Shown one piece after another: positions 51,805 to 63,024 of a stretch of DNA of 64,000 nt. This DNA is from Porphyridium purpureum. Taxonomy: Eukaryota. Each line of letters opens with the position of its first letter. Position 1 is the first letter of the stretch. A program made the position numbers and the translations under genes. The stretch is taken from contig VRMN01000003.1 of assembly GCA_008690995.1 (NCBI GenBank), forward strand, positions 620,001 to 684,000, written 5' to 3'. Below the pieces are notes generated by a model that saw nothing but the letters and a program-made list of their open reading frames with translations, was not told the origin of the DNA and made no database searches.

Positions 51805-54093
51805 TTATTCTGCAGACAAGGCTCGAACATTTGCGTGGTCGTTCTCGTCGTCATCCTCGTCCTCCTCCTCCTCGTCCTCCTCCTCCTCGTCCTCTTCATC
51901 CGCTTCAGCGAGCCACTCAACAAATGGCGAACATGCTTTGAAAGCTTCTCGCAGAGCGCCAGGAATATTCCCATCAGCCCAGTCGAGAATCGCGTCCTCC
52001 GGAACAATCTCATGATCATACAGCAACTTTAAAATCGTTGGAGCAGCTTTGAGATAGGCGGCGTTTGCGCTCTCGGATAAGAAGCAAAGCACAGCCATTA
52101 ACACCTCACTTTGCTCTGTTTCCCGGGGAGCAAACCTTACGACCAGCGCAGACCAGCCCTGAAGAAGACGATTCAGCTCTTCAAGAAAGGAGCGGCCCGA
52201 CCTCGCCTCCCTCAGAATTGCCGCAAAAATCTCACGGGCACAGTCCGCAAAAGAGCGGTCGTAGACCAGTTTTAGCGAGTTAACCTCGAGCACCGAATTC
52301 TCAATGTCATGACCTTCACGGATCGCCCTAGTCACTGTATCCAAAATCTCCGATGCAAAGGTATTGGCAGATGACATCACAACGCCATTTCCCTCTGTAT
52401 CGGCGAGGTTCGGGAAGCTTTGCAAATCAACGCCACTTTCAACCTCTTCATCAGAATATTCCTCTAAATCTTCAGGTTCCAAAATGTTGCGAAGCAAACA
52501 CCTATCCGACTGCTTGGCGACCATTTCTGGCGAAACCCACTTCGCGAATTGGGTACACGCCAGAATCGAGTCTCTGACGTCATCTGGCGCAAGAGCGCAT
52601 ACCTTCTCACGCGCTGTAACTTCTTGGCCTCTACTATCCACCTTCTGCGAGTCGGCGCTTAAACTTTCATTGACGTCGACGTCGGACAACAAGGTGCTAC
52701 CCAAATCCTCCACTTCGCGCTTCTTTTCAAGCATGTCTTCGCGAACAAGAAATGAACCGGGCGCAATCACAGCGCCAGGTTCCAGTACGATACCGCTACC
52801 GAGCACGCTACCCTTTCCTATCTTACAACCCTTTGATATCACGCAGTTCTTACACACAACGGCGCACTCGATCCATGCATCATCTTCGACCGTGACACCA
52901 TCCATGAGAATGCTGCTGCGAATCTCGACGCGACAACCTACAACGACTCCTTTTCCAAGCGCAGACTTGCTCACGTATGAGTGAGCCCGCACCTCAACAT
53001 CCGCTCCCAGAACAGTATCAGCCACCAAACGACTGGAAGGATCCACCTTCACACTGCCCTCCTTATACACGCTGTTTCGATGCCGAATACACCGCTGACC
53101 AGGAATCAGCTCAAGCTCGGGAACCAGCGGATACAGCCAGCGCTGCATAAAGTCATTCTGAGCACTGAGCGCTGAACCAAAGTCTGTGACTACGGTACCA
53201 CTGCCAGGCGCATGAGCAGATGTAAAGTGAGCGTAGATTCGGTTCCCAAGAACTTCTCCGTCGCCGCTATCCAGCTTCCCGCGCACATAGTCACGAATTT
53301 CGTCAAAGTCAAAGTTCTCGCGAAACTCAACCATGATCTCTGGGCCACAGATGTCGACGCCGATATCCACAGCGTCCGCGATCGCACAAAGACGCTCTCT
53401 GCTTTTTCCGAATGTACTTGCGAGCTCAATTTTTATGGAATCTGCTCGCTCACCGTCATCGTATTTCAAGAGCTGAAAGTCGTCGGGATCAAAAACAATG
53501 CAAAGCGGTCTGGTCGCGCCATCACGGCGCACACCCCTACGAAAGGCGGTCGTTAGAAGCCAGTTTTTGTCGCTTGCGCGCCGCGCGCGATGTTCACGGA
53601 GAAGGGTTGAGAGGTCCAGACTAAAAACTGCCCCTAAAGAGACGAGCACAAAATCCTGACGGGGCCGGAGGTCATCACGCGTCTCAAGCTCACGGAGCGC
53701 GTCACCTTCCGAGTGCCAGTCGCTTCCTTCAAAAATTGTGATTGTCATGCCTCGCATGGAAAAGCTTCGATTCGGCTTTTCGTCCTGAACTGCCGATGCA
53801 ACGTTGGACAGAGCACTTTGAACAGCCGTACTGTCATCACGCACGACGAGCAGAATGCATTCTTGAACACCGCCACGCAAGAGGGTTTCAAGTTGAAAGA
53901 AAAGGATCGGTACGTTGGCAACCGGAAGCAGGGCTGCTGGCTGACCTGTGAGCGTGCTGTACGCGTCGGCACCCGGCGTCATCTGGCTGACGACAACCAC
54001 GGCCCGAAGCGGCTCGTCCTCACTTTGGTGGCCGATGCTCGGCGGTCCGCCAGAAGCCTTGGATCCGCTGGGACGGCGCTCACCTTTGGCCAT
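51805..54093 (-). CDS. eIF2B5: Translation initiation factor eIF2B epsilon subunit
   Basis: PLRAVVV, LLPVANVP, GDALREL, FRENFDF, hexapeptide beta-helix, W2 domain (LEVNSLK, LYDHEIVPEDAILDW, FVEWLAEADEE). First ATG at 54093. Confidence 0.92.
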   Translation of the reverse strand: MAKGERRPSGSKASGGPPSIGHQSEDEPLRAVVVVSQMTPGADAYSTLTGQPAALLPVANVPILFFQLETLLRGGVQECILLVVRDDSTAVQSALSNVASAVQDEKPNRSFSMRGMTITIFEGSDWHSEGDALRELETRDDLRPRQDFVLVSLGAVFSLDLSTLLREHRARRASDKNWLLTTAFRRGVRRDGATRPLCIVFDPDDFQLLKYDDGERADSIKIELASTFGKSRERLCAIADAVDIGVDICGPEIMVEFRENFDFDEIRDYVRGKLDSGDGEVLGNRIYAHFTSAHAPGSGTVVTDFGSALSAQNDFMQRWLYPLVPELELIPGQRCIRHRNSVYKEGSVKVDPSSRLVADTVLGADVEVRAHSYVSKSALGKGVVVGCRVEIRSSILMDGVTVEDDAWIECAVVCKNCVISKGCKIGKGSVLGSGIVLEPGAVIAPGSFLVREDMLEKKREVEDLGSTLLSDVDVNESLSADSQKVDSRGQEVTAREKVCALAPDDVRDSILACTQFAKWVSPEMVAKQSDRCLLRNILEPEDLEEYSDEEVESGVDLQSFPNLADTEGNGVVMSSANTFASEILDTVTRAIREGHDIENSVLEVNSLKLVYDRSFADCAREIFAAILREARSGRSFLEELNRLLQGWSALVVRFAPRETEQSEVLMAVLCFLSESANAAYLKAAPTILKLLYDHEIVPEDAILDWADGNIPGALREAFKACSPFVEWLAEADEEDEEEEDEEEEDEDDDENDHANVRALSAE

Positions 54094-54818
54094 CGCGGCT
54101 GAGAAGCTCTCGCTCCAGGATACTGTCACAGCCCCAGCAAGTTGGCGATGCGCCGAAATCGGCAACCTGGGAATGTGTGTGAGATCCCCTCCAACGCGCC
54201 TTCGGTTCCGCCCGACGCGGAAATGCGGCCTGAACACGGAGACGTGCGTCGAACATGGGTACAGTGCAGCTGTACGGTTGTCTAGATGTGGCGAGGCGCC
54301 TGCCTACAAAAAGCTGCCGACTGGTTTGGCAGCGCTGGCGCACCTTCGGGCTACGAACAGACAAACGAGCCGAGCGGCGGTTGATCGGTTGCCTGCAGGG
54401 AGCGCGATTGCGAGGGAACGGAAGGGGTAAGGTCTGCGACTCTGGGGTGGGAGTCCGCTCATTTTTCTTCGGCGTGGCTGCGCGAGCACGAGAGGAGCGT
54501 CTTTATTTTGGGTGGCTACAGGTTTCCAGGGCGGATTGCGCCCTCCAGACCGGAATTGCTGAGTCGTACGCTTGCGACCTCTATCGCTGGAGACCCTGGC
54601 TTAGAGCATCGCTTGCTTCCTTTCGCCCTTGTCGCTCCTTGAAATTTCTGCCTGGGTTTGACGTTCTCGCCGTGAACATCGTGGAACGTGCATGTAGCTG
54701 AGCGGGACACGGCTACTGTTTCTCCACAGCGCGGAATACACTGCATTCAGCGCGTTTCGATTGACCAAGCCCTGATCATAGGCCATCCCTGAAAGGTATT
54801 CGCAGAGGGCAATTCCTA

Positions 54819-55328
54819 ATGTCGTCCCAAACGGCGCAGTCGGCATTGCTTTTGCTCAAGCAACTTAAAGAGCTGAATAAGGACCCGCATTCGGGGTTTT
54901 CTGCGGGCCTCGTTGATGATTCGAATCCATTTGAGTGGCAGCTTATCCTGACGGGTCCGCCAGATACTTTATACGATGGTGGTCTTTTCAAGGCGCGCAT
55001 GACATTTCCACATGAATTCCCATTCATGCCGCCCACCATGAGATTCTCTTCAGAAATGTGGCACCCGAATATTTACCCGGATGGTCGGGTGTGTATTTCG
55101 ATTTTGCACCCTCCTGGTGATGATCCAAATCACTACGAGAGTGCGATGGAGCGCTGGAACCCTGTGCACACCGTGGAGTCGATTTTAATAAGTGTGATCT
55201 CTATGCTTGCTTCGCCGAACGACGAGTCTGCAGCGAATTTAGATGCGGCAAAGCAGTGGCGCGAGGATCCAGAGGCGTTCAAGAAGAAGGTCAAGCAGAC
55301 TGTTCGCAAGGCACAAGAAGAAATTTGA
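54819..55328 (+). CDS. UBC7: Ubiquitin-conjugating enzyme E2, UBE2G1/UBC7 family
   Basis: GFSAGLVDD, WHPNIYPDGRVCISILHPPGDDP (active Cys, acidic loop), ERWNPVHTVESIL. Confidence 0.93.
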   Translation: MSSQTAQSALLLLKQLKELNKDPHSGFSAGLVDDSNPFEWQLILTGPPDTLYDGGLFKARMTFPHEFPFMPPTMRFSSEMWHPNIYPDGRVCISILHPPGDDPNHYESAMERWNPVHTVESILISVISMLASPNDESAANLDAAKQWREDPEAFKKKVKQTVRKAQEEI

Positions 55329-55864
55329 GCAATCCTGGGCAATCGTTTCGGACCTCTGGAAGGTAGGTGAGTTCCCAGTAAAATTGCACAGGGTGGTACA
55401 ACACGGCGCCGAGCGTAAGCGGCGCCGGTGAAGCTGGCTTCCCACGGGTCAGCCACCAGAGACGAGCTGCGTGCGGGGCCAGGTCGGATGGCCATGGAGT
55501 ACAGTATGTACTGTACTTAGACTTTTTTTAACCTACCCGAAACGTAAATAATGCATTGTTGGGCTTGCGGCGGCCGCTCTCTCGCATCTGTACCAGAACG
55601 GCACAGAAAAATGAGCGCGGCAACGCCGCGTTGACGGGCGTGCCGCAGAGAAGGCGACCTTGACGAGAGCCGCGACCAGGATTTGTGCAAGCGATCGCGT
55701 TTCGGCCACAGCAGTCGTCGCCTCGCATATGTTTCCGGATACCCGTACCCTTTTGCGTCTCTGAAACATCAAGAAGTCCGTGGCGAGGATCCTGAACGCC
55801 GTTGTGTAGCCGGTTCCTGCGACACGTTGTTTGGGCGCGATTGTTCTGGGTACATATCCATACC

Positions 55865-56893
55865 ATGGCGACCTCTGCAAAACTACCGCGCGCGCCGCGC
55901 ATCACCCAGATTGAATTGGACGCCCTTGCGGTGATGAAGATTATCAAGCACTGCCAGGAAACATATCCATTGACGGTCGCTGGACAGTTACTCGGCATGG
56001 AAATGGGTACCGCACTGCAGATCACAAACTGCTATTCCTTCCCGCAGAGCTCGCTGTCAAGCTCTGGGGATGACCTGGACAATGTCGAAGTCGACCAGTC
56101 TTTGTTCCAGATGGAGATGATGAAGTGTGTGCGCGAGGTGAACATCGATCACCAGGTGGTCGGTTGGTATCAGAGCTCCGGAAGTCAGATGGGTTCCTTC
56201 CTCACCTCGCAGTGGATTGATACGCAGGTATCGTACCAGACAAACTTGGATAACTGTGTGAGTCTGATTTACGATCCTATTCGAACCGTCGACGGAACCC
56301 TGTTCTTACGAGCGTATCGCCTCACCGATGCATTCCTGAAACTGCACGCTGAGGGAAACTTCTCGTCCTATGCATTTGCACGGCATAAGCTCACTGCAGG
56401 TGGAATTTTGGATGAGATTCCTGTGAAGATTCGGAATGCTTCATTGATTAACGCCCTTATTACGTCTTTGGAGCTGTCGCCAGAAGTGAAAGGCGAACAT
56501 GACGTAGCGATCGACAGGCTGCGGGAACCGAACAAGCCTGTAGTCGAGCAGACCCTTGATTACATTATCAATGACATGGACGAGCTGACAAGAGATCAGA
56601 GCAAGTACACTTTTTTCCTGCGAAATTTTTCGCGCAGCGCGGCGCCGCAGATGGATGCGTTCCGACGCAAGCAGGCGGAAGCAGAGGCTCGAAACATCAG
56701 TTCAGAATTTGCATTTGACGATCCGGCTCTTTACCACGCGTTGCTCTCGGAGCCTTCGAGAATGGACACAAAGTTGATTTTGCGAGATCTGCAGTCATAC
56801 ATGGAGAGCGTGAACAGTCTCAGTCGCTCAAGCTTGCTACGAAGGAGTGCGGTGCATGCCATTCAAACTAATGCGGAAGAGACAGATCTGTAG
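55865..56893 (+). CDS. eIF3h: Translation initiation factor eIF3 subunit H
   Basis: LAVMKIIKHC, GQLLG, ITNCYSFP, MMKCVREVNIDHQVVGWYQS, LIYDP, LRAYRLT, EIPVKIRN. Confidence 0.92.
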   Translation: MATSAKLPRAPRITQIELDALAVMKIIKHCQETYPLTVAGQLLGMEMGTALQITNCYSFPQSSLSSSGDDLDNVEVDQSLFQMEMMKCVREVNIDHQVVGWYQSSGSQMGSFLTSQWIDTQVSYQTNLDNCVSLIYDPIRTVDGTLFLRAYRLTDAFLKLHAEGNFSSYAFARHKLTAGGILDEIPVKIRNASLINALITSLELSPEVKGEHDVAIDRLREPNKPVVEQTLDYIINDMDELTRDQSKYTFFLRNFSRSAAPQMDAFRRKQAEAEARNISSEFAFDDPALYHALLSEPSRMDTKLILRDLQSYMESVNSLSRSSLLRRSAVHAIQTNAEETDL

Positions 56894-57225
56894 ATTGGTG
56901 GCTTCATTTTCTGCTCGGCGTGCAGTTAATCATTGTTTTAGCGTTAATTTTCGAAGGTGCCCCTGCACATCGCGTTTGGCGAGACTTTATTCGGCGTAAG
57001 AAGAATCACCAAAGTAAAAAGTGGCTGAAGCTGACGCCTTCTGTCGAATTACTCCGCAAATCATGAAAAGAATGTCCGCGCTACTAGGTCCGCCGAATTG
57101 GTTTCTCAGAACAGGTTAACAGAGCAACCGGCGAATGCCAGCACGAAAAGCGCGTTGGATCGAGGAACATTTCGGACAGATCTGCGTCATTTGCGTCGAA
57201 GTCGACAAACGAAGGTGTAGTAGGG

Positions 57226-58851
57226 ATGGATGGCTCACTCGAACGCATGGCATGCCTCCTATGGGATGATGCTCTTCCAGATTATTCGCCGGAAGGCCTC
57301 TTGCAGCAATGTGAAACGTATATGCCGGAGCTGCGCGCAGCGCTTTCCCTCGACCAGGTCGAGTGGGCCCTCGTTATAGGAATGGGATTGGTTCTGAAGT
57401 CATCGCGCGAGAGTCTTGTGCCTCTATTGGGGATCTTTATCGAGATATATGAACGCTCGGAGAAAGCGCTGACTGAGGGAGGATGTCCAAAGATTATTTC
57501 TCCGGCAATTGAGGGGCATATTTTGTCCCTCGCCGCACCAGCATGTCTATTGCGACTTGCGATACTTCACCTTCAGAACCAGCAGCGAGAAGCGCCACTC
57601 GAGTTGGAACACCGCCTTGAACAAATGCGTAGCAGTGATGATCTATCCACGACCATGGCGCGCATGTGGGGCGAAAGTACATCCACGAGGCCAAGGGCTG
57701 CTCGTGAAGCATTGAATTCGAAGTCCTACTTTCGAGGCCTGTCACTGCTTGACTGGCTTGAACGCATGGCTCTTCGTTGTGAGAGTGGAGATACTTTACT
57801 CTTGTGTGAGGTTCTCGAAAGCTGCATGTACATGTCCCCATGGGACGCCTTGCAACCGGGAACGATACAGTCTGCCCTCAGTATAGCTTTGGATCGGGCT
57901 CGCAGTCCATGTCATCTCATTCGCTCATGTGGACTACGCATGTGCCTACAAATATTCAATCGGCGAAGTTCGGGAGGCGAAGAGTCGCACCGACTCACTA
58001 CGCTTGTCGAACAGATGGACGCATTGGCGATTGTGAGTTGCGATGGACTTGCCTTTCGACAAGAGCTGAACGTGTTTGAGCTCTCATTTTCGACCATGAT
58101 CTATGCTTTATCCGTCCGTAGGGGTCTAATCGACCCAACTGATCCAGAAAAACAGAAGCAAGCGGCTCGTAAGCGCAGTTGCATATCAAAGTCGCTCAGA
58201 GCTCTTCACTTTCTCCTTGAAGTCGAAGCTAGCGTGCAGAACAACTCCAGTGCAGAACTTGCTGAATGCTTGCAATGCCTTCATGACTGCATGCTACCGC
58301 TCGCTGCGGAGACAGGGCCCGGAATGATTGAGCATTCCGAAGAGCTTATATCTCTGTTTTGTGGCTTTTGTGAACGGAGCGTGAATGCATTTTGTACGAC
58401 TAGATCCAAGCGGTTCCTCGAACAATGTCTGACGTTGTGGCAAGCAATCTCGGAGAGCATTTGGCCGTTTCTCGAGACAGGTGCTCGAAACTCTCCCTTT
58501 CTCACCATGCTAGTCTCTTGCTGGCTCTCTTTCCCTCTTCGCATGTCAAATTGTTCTGATTCCAGCGTCCATGAAACTGGAGTCTTTGTGGCGCGCTCCT
58601 TATTACTTCGCACCATGTCTTTCGGTGCAGGTTCGCGGAATGAAACCCGACTTCTTTTGGACCTAGCAAAACAAGAGATTGCGGGTATCAGAGACAGCTC
58701 AGCGAGAAACGACGAACCAATTCGTGCCGTGTTGCGCATTCTCGACGGGTGCGTACTTGCGGACGAGATTTCCATCGGCAATTCTTTGGATAGAGCGACT
58801 GAACCGGTCTACGAAGATTTGATTAAGATTGGGGAGTATCTAAAATCTTGA
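57226..58851 (+). CDS. Leu-rich alpha-helical (ARM/HEAT-like) protein, possibly Tti2-like
   Basis: 541-aa ATG ORF; IRSCGLRMCLQI and ISESIWPFL loosely resemble Tti2 motifs. CDS likely, family uncertain. Confidence 0.55.
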   Translation: MDGSLERMACLLWDDALPDYSPEGLLQQCETYMPELRAALSLDQVEWALVIGMGLVLKSSRESLVPLLGIFIEIYERSEKALTEGGCPKIISPAIEGHILSLAAPACLLRLAILHLQNQQREAPLELEHRLEQMRSSDDLSTTMARMWGESTSTRPRAAREALNSKSYFRGLSLLDWLERMALRCESGDTLLLCEVLESCMYMSPWDALQPGTIQSALSIALDRARSPCHLIRSCGLRMCLQIFNRRSSGGEESHRLTTLVEQMDALAIVSCDGLAFRQELNVFELSFSTMIYALSVRRGLIDPTDPEKQKQAARKRSCISKSLRALHFLLEVEASVQNNSSAELAECLQCLHDCMLPLAAETGPGMIEHSEELISLFCGFCERSVNAFCTTRSKRFLEQCLTLWQAISESIWPFLETGARNSPFLTMLVSCWLSFPLRMSNCSDSSVHETGVFVARSLLLRTMSFGAGSRNETRLLLDLAKQEIAGIRDSSARNDEPIRAVLRILDGCVLADEISIGNSLDRATEPVYEDLIKIGEYLKS

Positions 58852-58998
58852 ATATGGAATACCGTGATTCTATTGTTGAGCTATTGTGTCGAATCAAACC
58901 TGAGCGTAGCAGTTTCGCGAGCCCAGCGTACAAGGACAAATCAAGGCTAACAGAAACCATTCTAATATCCCAGAACCTTCTTGATGGCACCGACCCGA

Positions 58999-59667
58999 CT
59001 AGTCACTCGCTGGCGTCTTTCCTTCGCCACGCGTGCGGGGACCAGGCGCACTCCTGAAGTTCGATGCGGTGTCGACTGGGCGGGCACGGCCGTCCTTCAG
59101 TGTTGGTTTGTAATAAGACCCGGCGGCCGGATTTGGATCTGGCATCCAGCCGCTGAGCAGTCCCTCTGGAGCTTCTACCTTCACATGTTCAGTGATGTTG
59201 GGTGCCTTGCCGTCCATTTCATCGTCATGCTTTGCAAAACCGACAATCAAGTTCTTGCTCAGTTTAAAAGAGGGACGTAGCTCCTTTGCATGCAACAAAA
59301 TGGTGCGCTTGTGAATTGCAATGGCAGCATCATATTGATTGTTCTCTGCAACCAGCGCACCTGTCTTTACCCATTCGTCAGATCCTGCGTCTTTGACATA
59401 CACCACAATCTCGACCGTCTCCTCGAGTTCGACTAGACTCAAATAGGTATTCAGCAATGTCTTTTGGCTCTTCTTTCCGTCTGTTGTGCCTTTTGTTTTC
59501 GGCTTGCCAAATCCACTCATACAGATTATGCTGGTTCTGGCGGTGGGCTGGTTGCGCGCATCCCGGGCGCGCATCCTGCACAAAGACGCGCGGGCATGCG
59601 CGACATTCGAGCGCCCACTCGGGTAGACCGCTCCTGATGCGCACAGAAAGCCGATGATAAAACCCAT
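58999..59667 (-). CDS. Putative plastid-targeted protein, HHL1-like
   Basis: MGF- transit peptide ending ..IICM|SGFGK; VYVKDAGSDEWVKTGAL...LRPSFK...LIVGF resembles the HHL1-like domain. Confidence 0.6.
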   Translation of the reverse strand: MGFIIGFLCASGAVYPSGRSNVAHARASLCRMRARDARNQPTARTSIICMSGFGKPKTKGTTDGKKSQKTLLNTYLSLVELEETVEIVVYVKDAGSDEWVKTGALVAENNQYDAAIAIHKRTILLHAKELRPSFKLSKNLIVGFAKHDDEMDGKAPNITEHVKVEAPEGLLSGWMPDPNPAAGSYYKPTLKDGRARPVDTASNFRSAPGPRTRGEGKTPASD

Positions 59668-59927
59668 CGCGTCAGATGCTCCTTGTCCTGCGACCCTCCC
59701 TTTACTCGCTGGCAACTAGTGACTGAGCCTGCAAACGTCTCTTGCATGATCCAGACGGCCGAGTTGCTGATTTTCGGCCACTTCAGCGCAGAGTGGCGCG
59801 CACCTGGCGCGACCACTGTACGCGAGCAAGTTGCCGCGGTTCGTAACGCTGTACCTGTGCGTCGTGTGCACGTATCTGCGGCCGGGCACGCGGAGCTGCA
59901 AGAGTGTGCGCGGCTGCCGCATTCGAC

Positions 59928-60530
59928 ATGGCGCGGCGCGGACAAGTGACTCTGGGCGGCGTCCTGGACAGGGGTCGCCAGTTTTCGCGCGACCGCCATG
60001 TTCACAAGCTGCGGAAACTGGACAAGTCGCGTCGTGAACGAGCCATTCGGAGCAAGGAATTGCTCCGCCTGAAGGCGTTGCTCCGCAAGGACAGCTCGTC
60101 CGCTGCCACCACAGATAATCTCGTGCGTGGAGATAAGTCGGTGAGGTCGTCTACTCCTGGACAGGATGGTGATGTTCCTGACAGCTCGACTCGGCAAGCG
60201 CACGAGAGTGGACGTGCTGAAATGCAAAGTGCAGATGTGAGGCGAGCGGCGGCTGAAATAAATGCACTGGAAACAGGCGAACAGCCCAGAAGTGGAAGAG
60301 TGACGATGCGGCGTGCCATCCAAATTGGTGAGCGCGCAAGGAAAGACCGCGAGAAAGAATACCTTGCTCGTAGGCACGCCGCAGAGGAACGCGTGAAGGA
60401 ACGCTTAAAGAAAGAGAAGGAGCGTAAGACAGAAGGCAAAGCCATGAGAAGGCGAACCGAGAAAGGCCAACCGGTCATGGAAGCTCGCATTTCAAAGATC
60501 CTGACCAAACTGCAGAATGAGAAACGCTGA
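59928..60530 (+). CDS. Fyv7/TAP26-like rRNA-processing protein
   Basis: Basic coiled coil ending MRRRTEKGQPVMEARISKILTKLQ; ATG at 59928. Confidence 0.75.
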   Translation: MARRGQVTLGGVLDRGRQFSRDRHVHKLRKLDKSRRERAIRSKELLRLKALLRKDSSSAATTDNLVRGDKSVRSSTPGQDGDVPDSSTRQAHESGRAEMQSADVRRAAAEINALETGEQPRSGRVTMRRAIQIGERARKDREKEYLARRHAAEERVKERLKKEKERKTEGKAMRRRTEKGQPVMEARISKILTKLQNEKR

Positions 60531-60766
60531 TATGCGCTTGAGCTCACGTGGCAGAGTCAGAACGAGAGCCATGTCACGCACTTGAACATCGTACATGACG
60601 AACAGGCTCAAATTAGCTGCTTGAATGCGAGATCTGAGAAGACAGATGGCAAGAAAATAAATGCAAAACGAAAAACAAAGAAAAACAAACAAAAAAAAAA
60701 CAACATCAGAATCCGTTTAATCCGAACTGAAAAGTGGAAAGTAGAGAAAAGTGTTCGTGCCCTCCT

Positions 60767-61798
60767 TTAGCGATATTCCTCTTGCGCAACATGATCTCGT
60801 TCCAGCTCGAATTCGCGCTCGACTTGTTCGTTCCCTCCAGAACGATTTCCTCTTTTGGGTTTAGAACGTTTAGAGGGTGGAGAAGCACCACGCCCGGTTC
60901 CCACTCGTGCGCGTTTCGAAGCGCGCCGATCCAAGACCTTCTTCCACTCAGACTCAGCCTGCATCTTCACCAACGCGGCATCATCGTCATGGAGGTCGTC
61001 ATCAAAGTCGAACGAATTTTCAGCGCGTGCATGAGGTACATCTTCAATGTCGAGGAATGAACCAGAAGCCTCCAGTTCCTCGTCTGTGGAGAATCCCGCC
61101 TCGTAGTCACTCGTACTGTCTGACCTCCCACTCTCACTGCTCGATTCGGCCGCCGCAAATTCGTCCTCCTCTGCCCATTCCTCTTCATTCTCAGCATCAA
61201 AATCTTGGTCGATGCCTTCCGCCTCCTCATCCAGGGCTTTCTCATACTGCTCCTGGGGAAAGTTGTAAATATCGCCGTACGTACCACTCTGCAGTCTCAT
61301 CAAAAGCTCTTTTTCGATGGCCTTCTCGATCCTTGCCGCTGTCTGGGCCTTCTTCTCCCGCCGGGTGTCCATCTTCTCCTGATTCTTCTTGATCGGAACG
61401 AGCTGCTTTTTTGCTTTCAGCTGTATCCGCCTCGCGCGAATCAAGTACTGCGTTATCTTTGTGAGACGCTGTTTCGCCTTGTGGACTAGAAATTGCGGCC
61501 AATGCATAAGCCGCTTGTCGATTTGCTTCAGCGCATGCGCGTAGTTCGGACTCAACTTGATTTTTTCCCACATGAACTTGGGCAGATGGGCGCGTTCGAT
61601 GGTTTTTGTGTACAAGTAGCAAATACCCTCCTTCTCGATAATGGTTGCATAGCGCGAATTGGCCAGCGGGCATGACAACCTATCACACAAACCTGTCACA
61701 TTGTATTCGTTCCGACAAAAAGCTTGCGTCTTCGTTTTCGTCTTGAACGCGCAGAAGTGATTGTTTATGGTCTGCCAGATGACCTCGTCGCGCTGCAT
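60767..61798 (-). CDS. MAK16: 60S ribosome biogenesis protein MAK16
   Basis: [65 protein letters not shown], acidic tail. Confidence 0.96.
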   Translation of the reverse strand: MQRDEVIWQTINNHFCAFKTKTKTQAFCRNEYNVTGLCDRLSCPLANSRYATIIEKEGICYLYTKTIERAHLPKFMWEKIKLSPNYAHALKQIDKRLMHWPQFLVHKAKQRLTKITQYLIRARRIQLKAKKQLVPIKKNQEKMDTRREKKAQTAARIEKAIEKELLMRLQSGTYGDIYNFPQEQYEKALDEEAEGIDQDFDAENEEEWAEEDEFAAAESSSESGRSDSTSDYEAGFSTDEELEASGSFLDIEDVPHARAENSFDFDDDLHDDDAALVKMQAESEWKKVLDRRASKRARVGTGRGASPPSKRSKPKRGNRSGGNEQVEREFELERDHVAQEEYR

Positions 61799-62052
61799 TG
61801 TGTTTGAAAGTCCTGCGTGTGCCCTGCCGGGCTCGCTGCCTTTTCTTTACCTGCGGTCGCTTTGACGTGAAGGTATCACGCGCACAAAGCCTTCTGTAGC
61901 ATGGGAACGTCCGCGCCCGCTTATCATCTGCACGCGGCCGATCCCGACTGAACTTACGCACTCAGGGGTTTAGCGTCGCCGACGAAACAGGTACAGTCCA
62001 GTCATTTTAAAAAACGGGTTTAATATAAAAAAACGGGAGAGACGCAGGCAAC

Positions 62053-63024
62053 TTAGACGTAAGCCTTGACGGCGTCACGTTCCTTGAGGAGAATGTCTTG
62101 AGCCTTCTCCATCATGCTCGCAGAATAAGCCGTCACAGGAATGCCGTACACGCGTTCCGGGGCCCATCCACTGTTCACAGTCGGCTGCGAAAAGAAAATA
62201 CCGGTTTCGATCCCGTATGCACCATGATCCGAATAAACTCCGAGCGACAACCATTGCGAGGCGCCAGTGCCCTGTACGAACGAAGACAACGTCGTGGCGG
62301 TTGCGTCTGCCATGACGTCCGCCTTGCTCTTCAACAGTGTCGGTGCGACTTTTTCAACCTTGCTTGCAACATCCTCTACCCATGTTTTCGACTTCAGCGT
62401 GGAGCCCGCCCACTTGCCTTTCACACGTGCATGAGAAATATCCGCGAAAGCTGCCGCGCCAGTACCGCCCCAAATAATGACACGGTCTACATCCGCGGTG
62501 GTGGCCTTGGCGGCTGATGCAAGTTCCGATGCTGCCATCATTTGTTCGCCCATCGAAACGGCATAGAATCTGCTCGAGTGCATGTCCGGAGCGCTCCTCG
62601 AGAGAACCAGGGCCATTGTGTTCGCATTCGGTCCCACGGTGAAAACATTGGTGTTATTTACCAGGTCGTGCGTGCGCGCGAGGGCCTTGCCCAAAGCAGC
62701 AAAGGTCTTTGCTTCGGCGCCCAGCTCTGGCGTGCCCTGAACCGCGACTACAAAGTTTGCGCCCTCGACGGCATCTTCCACCGAGTCGACCACGCTAAAT
62801 CCCTTCACGAGCGGGCCCGAGAGCTTCTTGCTCGGCTCCCCGAATACCTTGATCACGATATCTTGATCCTTACCAAGGACGGATCCGGAAGCCAGCTTGC
62901 TTGTGAAGGAACTACCAAGCGCCGCGCACCCGACCAAAGTAACAGTAATCGGCGGCATACGAATCGGTGGGGGGGCTGCGGGAGCACCCGAGGCGAGTCC
63001 CCGCACAAAACTTCGGATCATCAT
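62053..63024 (-). CDS. Malate dehydrogenase-like protein lacking catalytic residues, probably mitochondrial
   Basis: ASGSVLGKDQ, VGPNANTMAL, VIIWG, WLSLGVYSD..YGI..GIFFSQP, LLKERD follow the MDH type-2 layout; N-terminal MMIRSFVRGLAS presequence. Confidence 0.8.
   Translation of the reverse strand: MMIRSFVRGLASGAPAAPPPIRMPPITVTLVGCAALGSSFTSKLASGSVLGKDQDIVIKVFGEPSKKLSGPLVKGFSVVDSVEDAVEGANFVVAVQGTPELGAEAKTFAALGKALARTHDLVNNTNVFTVGPNANTMALVLSRSAPDMHSSRFYAVSMGEQMMAASELASAAKATTADVDRVIIWGGTGAAAFADISHARVKGKWAGSTLKSKTWVEDVASKVEKVAPTLLKSKADVMADATATTLSSFVQGTGASQWLSLGVYSDHGAYGIETGIFFSQPTVNSGWAPERVYGIPVTAYSASMMEKAQDILLKERDAVKAYV

Noticed and set aside
51805..61798. eIF2B5, eIF3h, Fyv7-like and MAK16 as a translation cluster
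   Set aside because: Housekeeping genes are abundant in a compact genome; chance cannot be excluded without synteny data.
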